NCBI GenBank assembly: GCA_022813865.1
Contig: JALDZX010000022.1
Span: forward strand, 310,001 to 346,603
Direction: 5' to 3'
Length of the DNA: 36,603 bases
Origin: Xylographa opegraphella
Taxonomy: Eukaryota
Below, in pieces: positions 11,962-24,367 of the stretch. The stretch's first letter is position 1. Each line of letters opens with the position of its first letter. A program made the position numbers and the translations under genes. Below the pieces are notes generated by a model, which saw only the letters and a program-made list of their open reading frames with translations, was not told the origin of the DNA and searched no databases.

Positions 11962-12043
11962 TATAGTATGTAATTTTCCCAGTGTGTATTTTTTACAGCA
12001 TGCGATATTCTACAGCATGTAATTGTTTACAGCATGCATTTCG
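11962..12043. repeat. Degenerate 16-17 bp minisatellite, ~5 units, core TACAGCATG
   Basis: Exact TACAGCATG at 11994, 12011 and 12028 (17-bp period). Variants TATAGTATG at 11962 and CCCAGTGTG at 11978. Confidence 0.7.
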
Positions 12044-12062
12044 TATTACATTGATTTATTAG

Positions 12063-12229
12063 TGTCACGGTTTGACCCTCGAGACAATGGACGGGGCTCT
12101 GCAGGCCACTTCATTGTTTGTGTATGCTGAGAACACAAATTTCTTTATATGTGAATCGAGCTCGTATCTGGATTCTAGTAATAACTCGCCTACTCGAGTA
12201 CTTATGACTACTGTAAACGAGCCGTGACA
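12063..12229 (-). mobile_element. Probable solo LTR (167 bp, TGTCACGG...CCGTGACA)
   Basis: TG...CA ends with a perfect 8-bp terminal inverted repeat, extending inward to 12 bp with two C/T transitions (TGTCACGGTTTG vs TGTCACGGCTCG). There is an internal TATAAAG on the minus strand. No clean target-site duplication (ATTAG vs CTCAA). Confidence 0.6.
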
Positions 12230-14198
12230 CTCAAAGGAAATCAAAATAATCACTCAATATGTTTTGCCCCGAGCAAACAGTATACCTTAAAATACAAGAA
12301 AACACAGTAAGACTTACTAATCGATACATTATTTGTACTCCCAAACGAAAAACCGACCCAGGCAAAGACACTAAAACAATGGCACAAAAATATAGCTGTA
12401 TATATTTCAACAACTTTAGTTGGCCAGCAACTTGGACTTGCATCCAAAACCGACTTCAAATAACAAATGCTTGAAGTATATATAAGTTTTAAAATGTCAG
12501 ACGCGTCGAGAGTCTTTTTGTCTTGGAAATCGGGATTAGTAAAGATGAAATGAAGGTTGAGATCGTCGAAGCATGAGTTGAGCTGAGAGTGTTGGATAAT
12601 GGTCTCTTTATATCCTCATTATGTCTTATAAATACAATGTAAGCGCTTAGTTATTCTTAGGCCTTCGATGCCAGTTTCCTGTTCTCATCCTTTGTGCCTC
12701 CCCTTGCATCTCGTAGACCTGCAAGAAGGGCTATATGTGTTTCCGAAGTTAGGCGCCTCGCACGCCGTTTTGCTAGGGGTCAGATTTATTGACAGAGTAA
12801 ACAGACCCAGATTGTACGATTCTGGAACCCAGGTTGAACATAGTCTTCAACAATTGCGAAGACCTATTTTAAACGAAATAGTCATTGGTTGTCAATGGTC
12901 TCTTTGGCCTTGGTCAAGCGGCTCAGTCTCGAATTGACCATCATTTAAGCGCCGGCGGGAAGCTGAAACATGTATTTATTTTGTATGGATAACAGAGGTG
13001 GGTTTTGCTGATGTGCTTAGACGCCATAGTTACAGGTTAAGCGCCGACGAGTCCAGCTTTGGTTCACGTAGTGCCTTAACCGCGTTCGCAGGTCCCAAAC
13101 GAACCGGGCGGTAAAAAAACTGCTTTCGGCAATTGTATCAGCACTGTTTTGGTTTCTGGAGAGAAAAATTTGAGGCGAATGCCTGCTCATACAAAATTCT
13201 CAGTCATTGAAGTTCTCATGTTGAATAGTTGTACTCGGTGCCATGACATCTGTCGAGACACGAGGCTGCCTTATATTGTTCGAAAAACGATTCACCGTTG
13301 AGGGATCTCTCGCTAAATGGGCGATGACTGAGCCCTGTACTCATACGAAAGTTGTCTGAGTGCTCATGATTTTGGAAATGGTCTAGCGTAAGGAGACCCA
13401 ACGCTATATACGCAGCTTGCTGTTGCAATGCAAAGTAAGTGGGAGACGACTTTCGAAGGGCCATTTGAGTGCTGGTTGTGAATTCTTTGTGGTGGAAGGC
13501 CCGCACGGCTGTTATTACGTAGGGTCAGCTAGTCCTAATTGTTTTAAGGCAGATTCGGAGCGGAATGATCTGCGCCACTAGCTTTGATTTCCAGCTCGGC
13601 TGTAATTTTACCAACACCGACCATTAATTTTACAGCAGCAAGGTGCAATGACACCTCTTTTATCACGAGAATATAGTTGTTGTTATTGCTGCCGAGAAAA
13701 GTGCCAATCCTGGAATTTCCAGTGACGAATGCCATAGTATATAACCTGAAGAATACCAGGTGATCCAGCGTGAGGGGACTTCTCGCTAAATATGCAGCGC
13801 TGTGTAAAGCCAAGCCTCCTGAAGCTAAACTCGAACAGACAAAAAGTACTGATCGGAGCGGATTATCTGCCTCATAGCGCCCCAAGTTCGATCTGAACCT
13901 CCGTCATCCTAATAGCAGCTACGCTGCAATGATTCAAGTATATACCTCGAATTCCAGTTCTGTTATTTTCAGATATTACTAGTGCTGTAGCTGCCGACGG
14001 TTAGGTAAAGCCGGGCTGTTATATTTATTGAGCGCCGTCGGTTGAGACAGGAGCATCAGAAATGACTTCAAACTTGACACTATCAATCATGTACTCGTTA
14101 ATAAGCTCGAAAAGAATACAAAGGTTTCCGCTGGGCCTGCGATTTTTGTAAAGACTAACCCCACGATACATGGGCGATGAGGTTTATTTTATTGGCCT

Positions 14199-14228
14199 GG
14201 CTTTCAAGATAGGCTTTCAAGATAGGCT
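14199..14228. repeat. 13-bp tandem duplication (GGCTTTCAAGATA x2 + GGCT)
   Basis: Directly visible in the sequence. Confidence 0.8.
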
Positions 14229-17200
14229 GAAGCGCTCCAGTCTATATCAGATATGTCCATTTCGTTCAGTGTTTCCATTTCCTTCCTGAAGCTCCATACA
14301 GAGCCGCCAATTCCCGGGATTTCCAATTCCAGTTGCTGCCCTATTCAGCCAGGTCTTGTATATACTTAGAAAACAGTGAGCTTGAAGTTCATTTCTCCAA
14401 CTCTTCAATCTCCTATTGTCGACAACGGAGCGAGACCTTCCGTCCCTGCAAACCTCGCAAGCAATTTTCAGCTCAGACCGGGGACGAGCAGAAGCGCTTC
14501 GTCGAGATAGCTTTGTATGAAACGCACTGTCTACCCCGTTGGATCCAACCCGCGTACCATAGCTCGTGAAAACGTCAAGAAGCTCCTGGGTCGAGCTAGG
14601 GCATCTGGAACCCACAGATTGGATCCGTTCGCTTCTCAACAGAGGAAGCATGAAGCGTTTGAAGGCAAGTCGGAGACGGTCACGGAAGCAGAATTCTCGA
14701 GCGGCAGGGACAGGGACCAGACAAGGGAGAGCAGAACGTGCCTCCGAGGGTCAAGACGACCTGTTTCCCTAACACTTATTGCCTGTCATCTGCCTATTCA
14801 ACCAAGCTGACCCGTTCGTTGCCAGCCAAGAACGCTCTCATCTCCGGGTGGCTCACAGGGCAATTCGCTCAGGGACAGGTGTGCCTCTGCATCTCAGGTC
14901 TGCGGACACTTGTCTTTGGAAAGTGTGTGATCGATGAGCTGGGTGGTGAGTAAATGTTCAGACTAGACATAAATCATATAGCGATATCATGAGAGATGTA
15001 TATCGATGATCTTTCAATGAATGCCTCGATCCCCGTACAAAGTGCCTACCTACCTACTTACCTACCTCCACCCCCACCCCTCACCCTCGACTCATCTACA
15101 AAGCACGTAGTCTACTACACCATATAGAGACCTTACCCCCCCGACCGCGACCCGAACACCAGACCCCCAGGAACACGCGCACCACAACCCCGAACCACAA
15201 CCACAACCACAACCAGCATACCAGCAAAGAACCCGCCCCAGCAACCGTTACACACCCACCACCACCACCACCACAGCAGCGGACCTCCCTCCCTCCCTCT
15301 ATCCCTTCCCCCTCACCTCGAGGGACAATACGGGAATACCGTAGCATGCCAAGCGCATCTGCTGCATCCTTCCGCGTCCGGCAAATCCTCACGCGCAGCC
15401 TAAGCCGAGCAGGGCCGCGAGAGACTCGAGTGCCGCAGCGCCGGGGAAGGGGACTCGTCGTTTGGCGGGTGGGGGGCGGTCGCGATAAGGTTACTTGCCT
15501 TGCCTTGCCTGCCGGCCGAGGAGGGCCGGATGGGGGAGGAGAATGCAGGCAGGAAGGGAGGGAGGTAGGTGGTGTTGTACGGGGACGGGAGGGTGCGTGC
15601 TGCGAGGGGGAGGGGAGTACGGTACGTGTATGCATGTATGCATGGTTGGTTGGTAGATGAGGAGAAGGGGGATGGAATATTGGCTCGTTGAAGCAAGATA
15701 CCTAATGCTCGGTTGATGGACACGGTGTTGAAGATCTTGAAAGCACAACGTCCCGCCAACGGGGGCTAGTGGGTCGTTGATGGGGGAGAAACGGTCATAA
15801 AACGGTTTTTGTTCGCTTAAGCCTTAAGCGCTGCCTAATAATCAGTTTATGGGTCATTATCCGGTTTCCCAAATCGCGGATCAAATCCCCTCGTGCGAGA
15901 GTATAATGAGCATCCCACGTTGTACAATCGAGGGGGTTGGGGGGGCGGAACACCGAGCCGTCCGCGCATATGGTCCCCGAAAGAGCTGCAAAAGCCGTTC
16001 GTGATGGAGACAATCATACTTTTTCCCTCTCCGCCCATCGCCCAGTCGCACCACAGGCGAGAGAAGAGAGCTCCCCCAAAACCCCCGAAATGCGGCTCCG
16101 TTCGCTAGAAAGGGCACGCCCGCGCTCCAGCTTACCTATTTGTACTGTGTACAGCCCTGATCCGGAGCGACGACAGGCCGAGATTGTGAAGGCAGGGGCC
16201 TTGGCGGTCCGTTTGATCGTCGGCCTCCGTTTAAGCTTTTTCGCACACATCCACATTTGCAAGGCCCAGCCAAAAAAGCCCCAAAGTGGAGCGTATGCCA
16301 AGAGGCTGCGCGGCGCAGTTACTGTGCGGCACTAGGCCCCAAAGCGGTGCGAGGTCTTGCATCGGCTGAGCACTCGAACGGCGCTGTGCCACGCGCGTGC
16401 ATGAATGGCGGCATCCACAACGTGGCAAAGTCACGGAACACCACGCGACTCCCTGGTCGGCAGCGGCGGGGCGTGATAGGTCGGTGGCAGGGGGCTGATC
16501 GCGTCGTGCGCAGCGTTCATCCTGGAACGGGTCAGGGTCTGTGCCGTGCTGCCGCGAAGACTTTCGTATCGGGTGGTCGCCACCGAGAGGATGAATCGCC
16601 GGTGCATTGGGGCAAAGTCAGCAGTAGTATCGTTACGGCTGAGGGTACGAAAGGGGAAAGGGAGTCAGCCGTCAGCATAATCACCTGGGCCGGTAGTGGA
16701 TGGCAAGCCACGGCACAGCGAAAGACGGCCGCGGTTGACGATGTGAGCGTGCGTGAGAATCTTTCGAGGCCCCCGGCGGGTACTGCGGGGTTTCTCTGCG
16801 TCTGAGGATCTTGGGCGGCACCGGGGCTAAGGTAGCACAAGCAGAGGAGCACATGCATTGAATAATAATGCGCATCGTTTGGGATCGTCCGAGACCTTTC
16901 CCATGGGCTTTCTGCCGGCCTGCCAAGAGCCCGCTCAGTAATCCTTTGATTTTTGTTCTTTCGGTAACGAGTCCTAAAACTCCACGAATCGGATGGGGTC
17001 TAAAAAGGCGGTCGGACACCTTGAGGAGCTGATACCCCTTTTCCTTTATCCAGCGACTTGTCCATCACACGATACACGTTACGTTGGTAAGCTTTCACCG
17101 ACAGCGGCAGGGTCGGTTTGAGATATCATAGGGTAATGCTTCGGTGCACGGGGCCGCAGGGGCAAGGGGCAGAAACGTGAGTGCGCTTTGTTCGAACGGA

Positions 17201-18765
17201 GGACCCACGTGATCCATCGGCCCTCCGCCCGGTGCGACTGTCAAACTACTCAAGCGTCGGATCGTGAATCGTAATCTCTCCCTTACCTAGTGATGCCCAG
17301 TTTAAGCAAGAAGCATGCTTTGTTCCGTGGCGGTTCCAAGAAGCTTCCTCGTGTTTGAGATTATAATTAACTTTGGTCGCCCCCATGTTGGTCCCGGGAT
17401 GGTGCGCGATCCTTATTCCCCCAGGGCAGCGCCAGGGCAGCAGCGGCAGCTGAGAAACGTGAAGAACGCAGGATTCGGCGGCTTTCACTTCGGGAAGCGC
17501 AATTTCAAGCCCATGTACGGAGTGGTATCCAGGCTCCCAGGCTCACACAGGCGAGGTGGAAGAAAGAGGATGAGAGCTTGCATCGGTGTCATCGTGCGAC
17601 TGGTTGTCGTCGGCGTTAGGCACACGGTCGCGTCCAGCCCTTAACGCCGGGTCCGATTCCAAGAAGAAGCTCAATCGCTAACTGCCTTAGGTCCTGAGGC
17701 ACCTCTTAGGTAAGTAAGGTAAGCTATTCACTAGCCAGTCTACGGCTTACCCTCCACTAAGCCAAGGACTTGGGTGATGTCTTGACTCTCTAGCGGTGGA
17801 AGTCATTCCGGTGGATGAAGATCGTGAGAAATTGGAATTCAGGGGAGTCAAATTGGATGGCAATCATGATGATGGGGGGCGCTACGGTATCATGTCGATG
17901 GAAGCAACCGTGGTACACGTGCTGCCACTCCAGCAAAAGCCTTGGACTTGTTGTCGCACGAAACTGCCGGAAAAACGCTGGCGGGAACAGGTTCGAGGCT
18001 CAAAGCAGACGAGTCCCTTTTCCACTCGCTTGCCTGGGTGTTGTAGTTCCGACAGTGAATGGGGAGGTGGGTGTGCTATCCTGACCTCTCCATCGTCGTG
18101 GACAGCAGCCAGAGCTGTCAGGCGTGGACGACCACTCTGAAACAAGCCTCCGACGCGGGAGACGAAAGTTTGTTACTAGGGCATGCCAGCGTCTTCATTG
18201 CGAGTTATCAGATTTGACTCACCACCGGGGATCCATATCGACCACGACTGCGACGCTATTGCTCTTGTGATTATTGTGAATACTATTATTGTCCTGTAGC
18301 ATGGGCGCAGTGGTGATTGGTACACGGGTGCCCGGTGCCTCCACCCACGTTGTCTCCCGCTGTAGGCCCTGCGGATCGCGATTCGTTGCTCGCGTCGTTG
18401 CCGGGAATACCTCATGGGAAGCGTGGCACTTCGGCCTTAGCCCCAACGCCCCCCTGCACACTCCTCGTGCGCTGATCTCACTCTTGCTCTCTGCACCCGG
18501 AGCACCTGTGCGCTAATCGAACGCTAGTGTCACGGATGCCCATGCCCATTCACCTTCATCCACCACCGTTCTTCACCCTCCCCCTCCCACACCACCACCA
18601 CCAGAAAGGAACGAAAGAAACCGAACAAGAGCGCTCCCGGCCACAGCTCCCACCGAGAGATCGCAGAAGGGTGTGCAGGGTCTGACATCCAGACAGCTCA
18701 CCAGTCTGCCATGACCTAGCTAGCCTCCTTTCGTCAATTGTTTGTTTCTCCACACTCCGCTAGGC

Positions 18766-18811
18766 GCACACACACACAGACGCACACACACACAGACGCA
18801 CACACACACAC
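18766..18811. repeat. Compound (CA)n repeat, 16-bp unit GCACACACACACAGAC x2 plus a partial third
   Basis: Units start at 18766, 18782 and 18798. Confidence 0.9.
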
Positions 18812-18887
18812 CCATGATCCAACACATGCATCCGCTTCGCACAAAACACACGGTTCCGCGTTCCGGTCACGGCTTGTGTCCTCTCGC

Positions 18888-18911
18888 TACTACTACTACT
18901 ACTACTACTAC
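18888..18911. repeat. (TAC)8 microsatellite
   Basis: Directly visible, upstream of the RGS gene. Confidence 0.95.
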
Positions 18912-19264
18912 CGCCGCTCCCATCTAATAATGCCTACCTTGGAATACCGCTTAACTTGACCTCCACTCAATCCTTTCCATCCTTTTTACTGACCCCGTCG
19001 AAACCACACCGTTTCTTCACTATTCGTCTTCCGTTTCCACTATTCCCAGAGTGCCCATCACCCAGATACTGTACCTTACCCCCCCCGGCACCACAATCAC
19101 CCACCCCCAGCCCTGACCCCAAAAAAGCCGGCCGATCGACCGACCTTCGCCTAGTCCAACTAAACCGTAGGAACCTGACTCTCTTAGCAAGCCACAGACT
19201 TTTCTCTGGATGCCTTGAGTGGGTCTTCCGCTTTAGCTTTCGGCCTCCGACTTCATCTAACTAC

Positions 19265-21571
19265 ATGACGGCCCTCGCTATCATCCAACCAGTTTCGACC
19301 AGCGATACCAATCTCGTCCATCATCACCATTCTTCCCACCCGCCTGCTCATCTCACACTGCACGGCGTCGCGTCCCATGCGTCGTTACTCTCCAACTCCA
19401 GCGTCGCCGATCACTTACCTGTCACTCCATTTCCTTCTCCTACCGTCTCCCACTTTCGCAACACCACCAATCGTGGCGGCGAGCAAGTCGTAAAACAAAA
19501 TCGCTTATCCATCGCGACGATTGCTCGTGAAAAGACGTCGAAGACGCTGTCGAATCTTGCGGTTCGGACGAGAACCTCTTCGGGCTCTCTCCGTTCTCGT
19601 TCTCCGGTCCGACATACGAAACATTATTCGACAGTCTCAGCTCGAGGCACCGCGCAACATCGAAGTCGTACCGATCCGTCCCATTCGTCACAAACCTCCC
19701 GAGACATCCACAGCTCCTCAAGCTCAAGTTCACCCGACGAGCCCAACTTCATAAGATCCACCAGTACCGCCCCACAAATTACACTGGATCACCTGTCTGA
19801 CGATCGAGGGCCCATCGACCAGAGGCGACTGTTGGCCCGCACCCCTTCTCCATCGCGCTCGATCGCTGAGCGCTACATACCTTCGGGGCACAACACCATG
19901 CATCAAACATCGTCCCGCCTGTTGAGGATGACGGACGAGGAGAGGCCATTCACCCGCGACTTCAAGGACCTGTTTGCGACACTCATCGTGAGCTTACCGC
20001 TGGGTCCGCATCGAGTACGGTTTCAAAGGGTGGATCATACCTTTACCTCGGAAGAAGCGATCAACAATCTCGGTTCCCTTAAATTTTCCCAGTCCAACAG
20101 GATGCCTGATCCGAAAGACCCCTCTCGCATCGTCACGACAACGACGACGACCACCTTCTCAATGGCGAAAGAGATGGCACGGTCCGTGTGTCAACGATTC
20201 ATGGACGCTCGGTTCATTGAACCCGCGGACGGAAAGCCGACTTCAGCCTTCGTGTTGAAAGGAGCGGTGTGGCAAATGACACCCAAGGGTTTGCATGTCT
20301 TGACCAGATTCTGTCAACGAAATGGCATTAATCAGCGGCATGTAGTCGAGGTCATGGAGTCACCCCGTAATTCTATGCAGTTGGTTATCCTGGAGAGAGA
20401 TGTTGCGAGTGATAAGCTATCTCACGATAGGGCGACGGTCGAAGTGATCTTTCGACGATTTCTGGGACAAGATGGTCCGAATGTAAAGCCTAGCACCACC
20501 AGTTCGGACTCGGATTCCTTGACTGATTACTTCAACGGCCTCGTGGGCGTGAAAATGGCTGCTGAACGTAAAATCCTCGATCGAACGGTCCCAAACACGT
20601 TCACCGGGAAAGCTGCGGTGGACTGGCTAATGGACTGCTGTACGACGGTCGATCGGCGGGAGACCTACGAAATTGCGGAGCTGTTCGTCGTCAACGGTCT
20701 CATCTGGCCAGCGCAAGAGGACAAGATCTTTGTACACCAAAACCCGGCCGCGAGTCGCTTCCAGCCGACGAAGAACGCAGTATATGGGGTGACGGAAAGA
20801 GGTCAGATTCTAGCAGGCTGGATCCCAGAGCCCAGTCCTCCATTGGAGCGTGGGGAGAATGTGGCCAAGTTGAACACGGGCAGAGTGGATGGAAGAAATG
20901 GTCCTCGGGATTCAAACCACAACAGACTCATCGTCATTGTCAACGATCCAGCTCTGAGACTACTGTTCCGAGAGTTCCTTCGGGACACTCACTGTGAAGA
21001 GAATCTGGCATTTTTCATCGAAGTTCGGGAATTCACGAAGAGCTATGATCTATTGGACAAGCAGAAGGCTTTTACTAAGCTGGACACAGTTCGAGAGAGC
21101 CTAGCGGCCGCATATGGTATGCAGCCCAGGAAAATCAGGTCATTCCTCGCTAACTTCGCACAGGTCTGTACAATGCGTTTCTAGCACCGGGGTCACCTTG
21201 GGAGCTCAATATTGATCACAACCTGCGGAACAGTTTGGCTGCCCGGATGACGAGGGCAGTCGGCGACGACGACTCCATGCTCACGAGCCTGCAAGAAGTC
21301 GTACATCTATTCAAAGAGGCACAACAGTCTGTCTTTAAGTTGATGTCCAGCGTAAGCCGATTGATATCTCCAGCAAGTGATTTATCCGTTGAGCTCACTA
21401 ACATCATGGTAGGACTCCGTGCCCAAATTCCTCAAAGAGCCAAAATACGCCCATGTATTGCGCGACCATAATTTCGACCACACCAGCCCGGTCTCAAACC
21501 ATACACCAAGTTCCTCGATATTGCCAGAACGAACTTTGAGTAGAGTTGCGCGTGACCCTCGAGGGCCGTGA
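19265..21571 (+). CDS. flbA: Regulator of G-protein signalling, FlbA/Sst2 type (two DEP regions + RGS domain)
   Basis: Exons 19265-21116, 21164-21351 and 21413-21571 splice in frame. Motifs are MHQTSSRLLRMTDEERPFTRDFKDLF, EAINNLGSLKFSQSNRMPDPKDPSRIVTTTTTTTFSMAKEMARS, FTGKAAVDWLMDC, DPALRLLFREFLRDTHCEENLAF, AYGLYNAFLAPGSP and FKLMSSDSVPKF. The exact start codon is uncertain. Confidence 0.95.
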
Positions 21572-22912
21572 AATCGGCATGACTCCATCTGAAAGCTAGC
21601 GACTACAACAACGGCCACGTTGCCCTGCTTCACGAATAGAAAGTCTTTATTAAAATATTTTTTACCACGGCATACATGGGGATATGATTGGCGCATTACC
21701 ACAAGACATCAGGCTAGATATGAAACTTCAGCTCCTGACTGTGATATGCGTTCTTGGCGGCATTGCATTTTGCATCCATCCATGTCATCTCGGAGGCAGC
21801 CTGTCTTTGCGATTCGAGAGAAATCCTACCTTCAACCAATCGACCATAGTCCGCCGGGACGATGGACATTGCTGCCTGTGGTGTTCGCTGAATGCTCTAG
21901 CCTTGTCTGGGTCCGTACCATCAGCAATTGAGATAAAAGCTCCGCAACAGATCCACTCACTGTCCAACGAGCGCATCGCATAATTCCATTCTTCCCCTTC
22001 CGATCGATTTGTCCACGAGCATTTTTGCGCCGGCGCTTGGGTTTGCAGTTCATGGCTGACGAGAATATCTAATCTCTCCACGAGACGTGGAAGAAGCGCC
22101 ACTAACGAAAAGAGGCATAAGTAAGAGGAGGCCTGTATGGATTAGAAGCTGAACAACTTTTTGGCGGTCTCTGGGGATGTCCCGGCTGCTCCGCCGCTGG
22201 CTTCCGACTTTTTTTTTCTTTTCTCTTTCGCGCTACGAGACGGGGGTTGGAAAAGGCATAGAAGACAGGGGTTACAGATGGGCATGCACTGGCTTTTTTC
22301 GGTATCACTCACAGACAGCTTCCGAGGGTTCGTAGGCTAGACTTTTGATGATCCTTTGGCTCGACAGGCGTTTGTGGTGTGGGTGTGCATACGTTTCTGC
22401 TGCGTCGAGCAGAGCTCTCTTCTCCCTGTCTGTCCGTCATCGAGATCTTCCCACCGCAGACCGACATTCCGCTCTCTGCACACCGTCCCCCCTCCCTTCG
22501 CGCCATGCGTCTGCCTCCCGCTTGCGATCCCCACACCGGCCACTGATACCACCCACCGCGTCCTCGCCGCCCGCTTGCGTCCCGTACCTTGCCGCTTTTC
22601 GCACACAAGCCCCCGACGCGTATTTTTCTTCTTCCTTTCACCAGCCCCTACCGTATCACAGCTATCCACGCCTCCGCCCTCTCTGCCCCCTCATGCCCTC
22701 CGTTTTGCGCGCGCTGGCACCCCACCCCCCGCGCGTTTCTGGTGTCAGGGTTTCTGACTACCGCTCCGCGGCTTATGCGCCACTTTGCCAAAAGGCCCAT
22801 TGCCTCCGGGGCGCTCTGGCTCTCGCTCTCGTTCGCGGTAGTTGGGGCGCTTTTGGGGGGTTTGTTTGGGTTGTTGGTTTGTTTGTGCTGGGGATGGCGC
22901 TTGCTTTTTTTT

Positions 22913-23001
22913 NNNNNNNNNNNNNNNNNNNNNNNNNNNNNNNNNNNNNNNNNNNNNNNNNNNNNNNNNNNNNNNNNNNNNNNNNNNNNNNNNNNNNNNN
23001 N
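22913..23001. other. Assembly gap (89 N)
   Basis: Run of N preceded by a poly-T tract. Confidence 0.99.
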
Positions 23002-23570
23002 TGAAGATGGGGATGGAGGTGGATGTGTGCGGAGGTTCGGTGGGAGGGATACAAGATGTAGATGACGAGGGAGGCGGACCGGGGGGGGCATTTAATCTGG
23101 CTACGTACAGTGGAAACCTTCACCCACGGGACCCGGGAGGCAGGTCATTTTCTCCAAAGCCTGCTGCGGTGAAGGAGGGGGGGGTATATATCCAATGCGA
23201 GCAGTGGCTGGGTATTAGCAAAGAGGGCAATCACGTGCATGGCGCGGGTGGGCAGGGAAGACACAGAGAGGGGTACGTATTGGTGCTGGTTGATAGGCCC
23301 TGCTTTGCGTCATTCGTTGATAGTCGCTGCGAGGGGGTGAGGTTGGGGATGGGGGTGGCTATCTCGTCGCGCCGGGTGCAATGTACCCCGTATGGCACTC
23401 CCGCTTCTTTCTGTCTGTCTGTCCATCCTCGCCCGGCCGGTCGTCTCCGTCTCGTCTCTCACCCCTCTGCGTGCGCGCGCACCTGAAAGGTTGTAGTGGC
23501 CCCCACCCCCCAGCATCTTGTACTTCAGCCCTAATCGCCCCGCACCACGCCCCATATGCGACTTGTGCCC

Positions 23571-24367
23571 TCACACCGCCTTCCGATCCCGCTCCTCCAT
23601 CTTCCGCCGCGCGCTGAGGATCATCTCCTCCCGCCGCCGCTGCAGCAGGGCCTGCCGCTCGTTCCTGCTCGTCGACCAGCCGGCCTTCGGCGCTTCCGCT
23701 GGGGCGGTCGCTGTGGCTGCCGTGGGGGCTTGCGGTTCGATCTTGGAGGCGAGGTTGTAGCGCGTGATGAGGTCTTGCGGGATGGCGTGTGTGGAGGGTG
23801 TGGTGGAGGATGGCGCAGGCGAGCGGGAGGGAGAGGAGGAGGCGAGAGAGGGGGGTTGGAAGGAGGGGGGTGGCTAGATTGGGGGGAGAGGGAGAGTGTT
23901 AGCGATTGGTTCTCTGTTTTCCGTCGTCGTCGAATGACAAGATAAAGCCACAACGAAAACGTCCACAAAGACCCCAGGCCGCCCTCCAGTCTCGCGCCGC
24001 CCCTTTCCCCCCATCCTGGCACCGGACACCCTCACCGAAGAAAAAGATTTAAGAAAATCACCCAACTCACCACCTCCAGCCCCCGCCCCAGTATCCGCTC
24101 CGTCGTCGCCGCCACACTGCCCCCGTTGCGCTGCAGGTCCCATATAATCTCGCGCCGGCCCACCTGCGGGAACATGTGCGCGATCTGCTCCACGTGCTGC
24201 GGGTTGGCAGCGCGGCCCGTCGACGGCGGGCGGGTGCGGGCTGAGGGGGAGGAGGGGGAGTGGGGGGACGGGCGGAAGAAGAAGTAGCGGATGGCGAGGC
24301 CGGAGAGGACGAGGACGAGGATGAGTTGCGGGAGGTTGAGGGAGGTGTTGCTCGTGCTGGTGGACAT
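23571..24367 (-). CDS. CUE1: ER-anchored CUE-domain protein (Cue1/Cue4 type, with C-terminal Ubc7-binding-like region)
   Basis: Exons 24367-24071 and 23873-23571 (GTGAGT...GCTAAC...CTAG). N-terminal TM segment LILVLVLSGLAIRYFFF; CUE domain VEQIAHMFPQVGRREIIWDLQRNGGSVAATTERIL; C-terminal DLITRYNL...WSTSRNERQALLQRRREEMILSARRKME. Confidence 0.88.

Noticed and set aside
12600..14960. ORFs of 80-134 aa and splice-like signals suggesting relic genes
   Set aside because: I could not assemble a consistent gene model or recognise any family; blastx would be needed.
15096..18750. Many overlapping ORFs on both strands; possible ncRNA such as telomerase RNA or snRNA; possible BrlA-type sites
   Set aside because: The ORFs are explained by high GC and low complexity. 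I saw no TAACCCTAA template or snRNA signature. Short AGGG motifs are expected by chance here. Most likely the long flbA upstream region.
22309..23574. Long ORFs spanning or flanking the N gap
   Set aside because: Artefacts of Ns and low-complexity GC-rich sequence.
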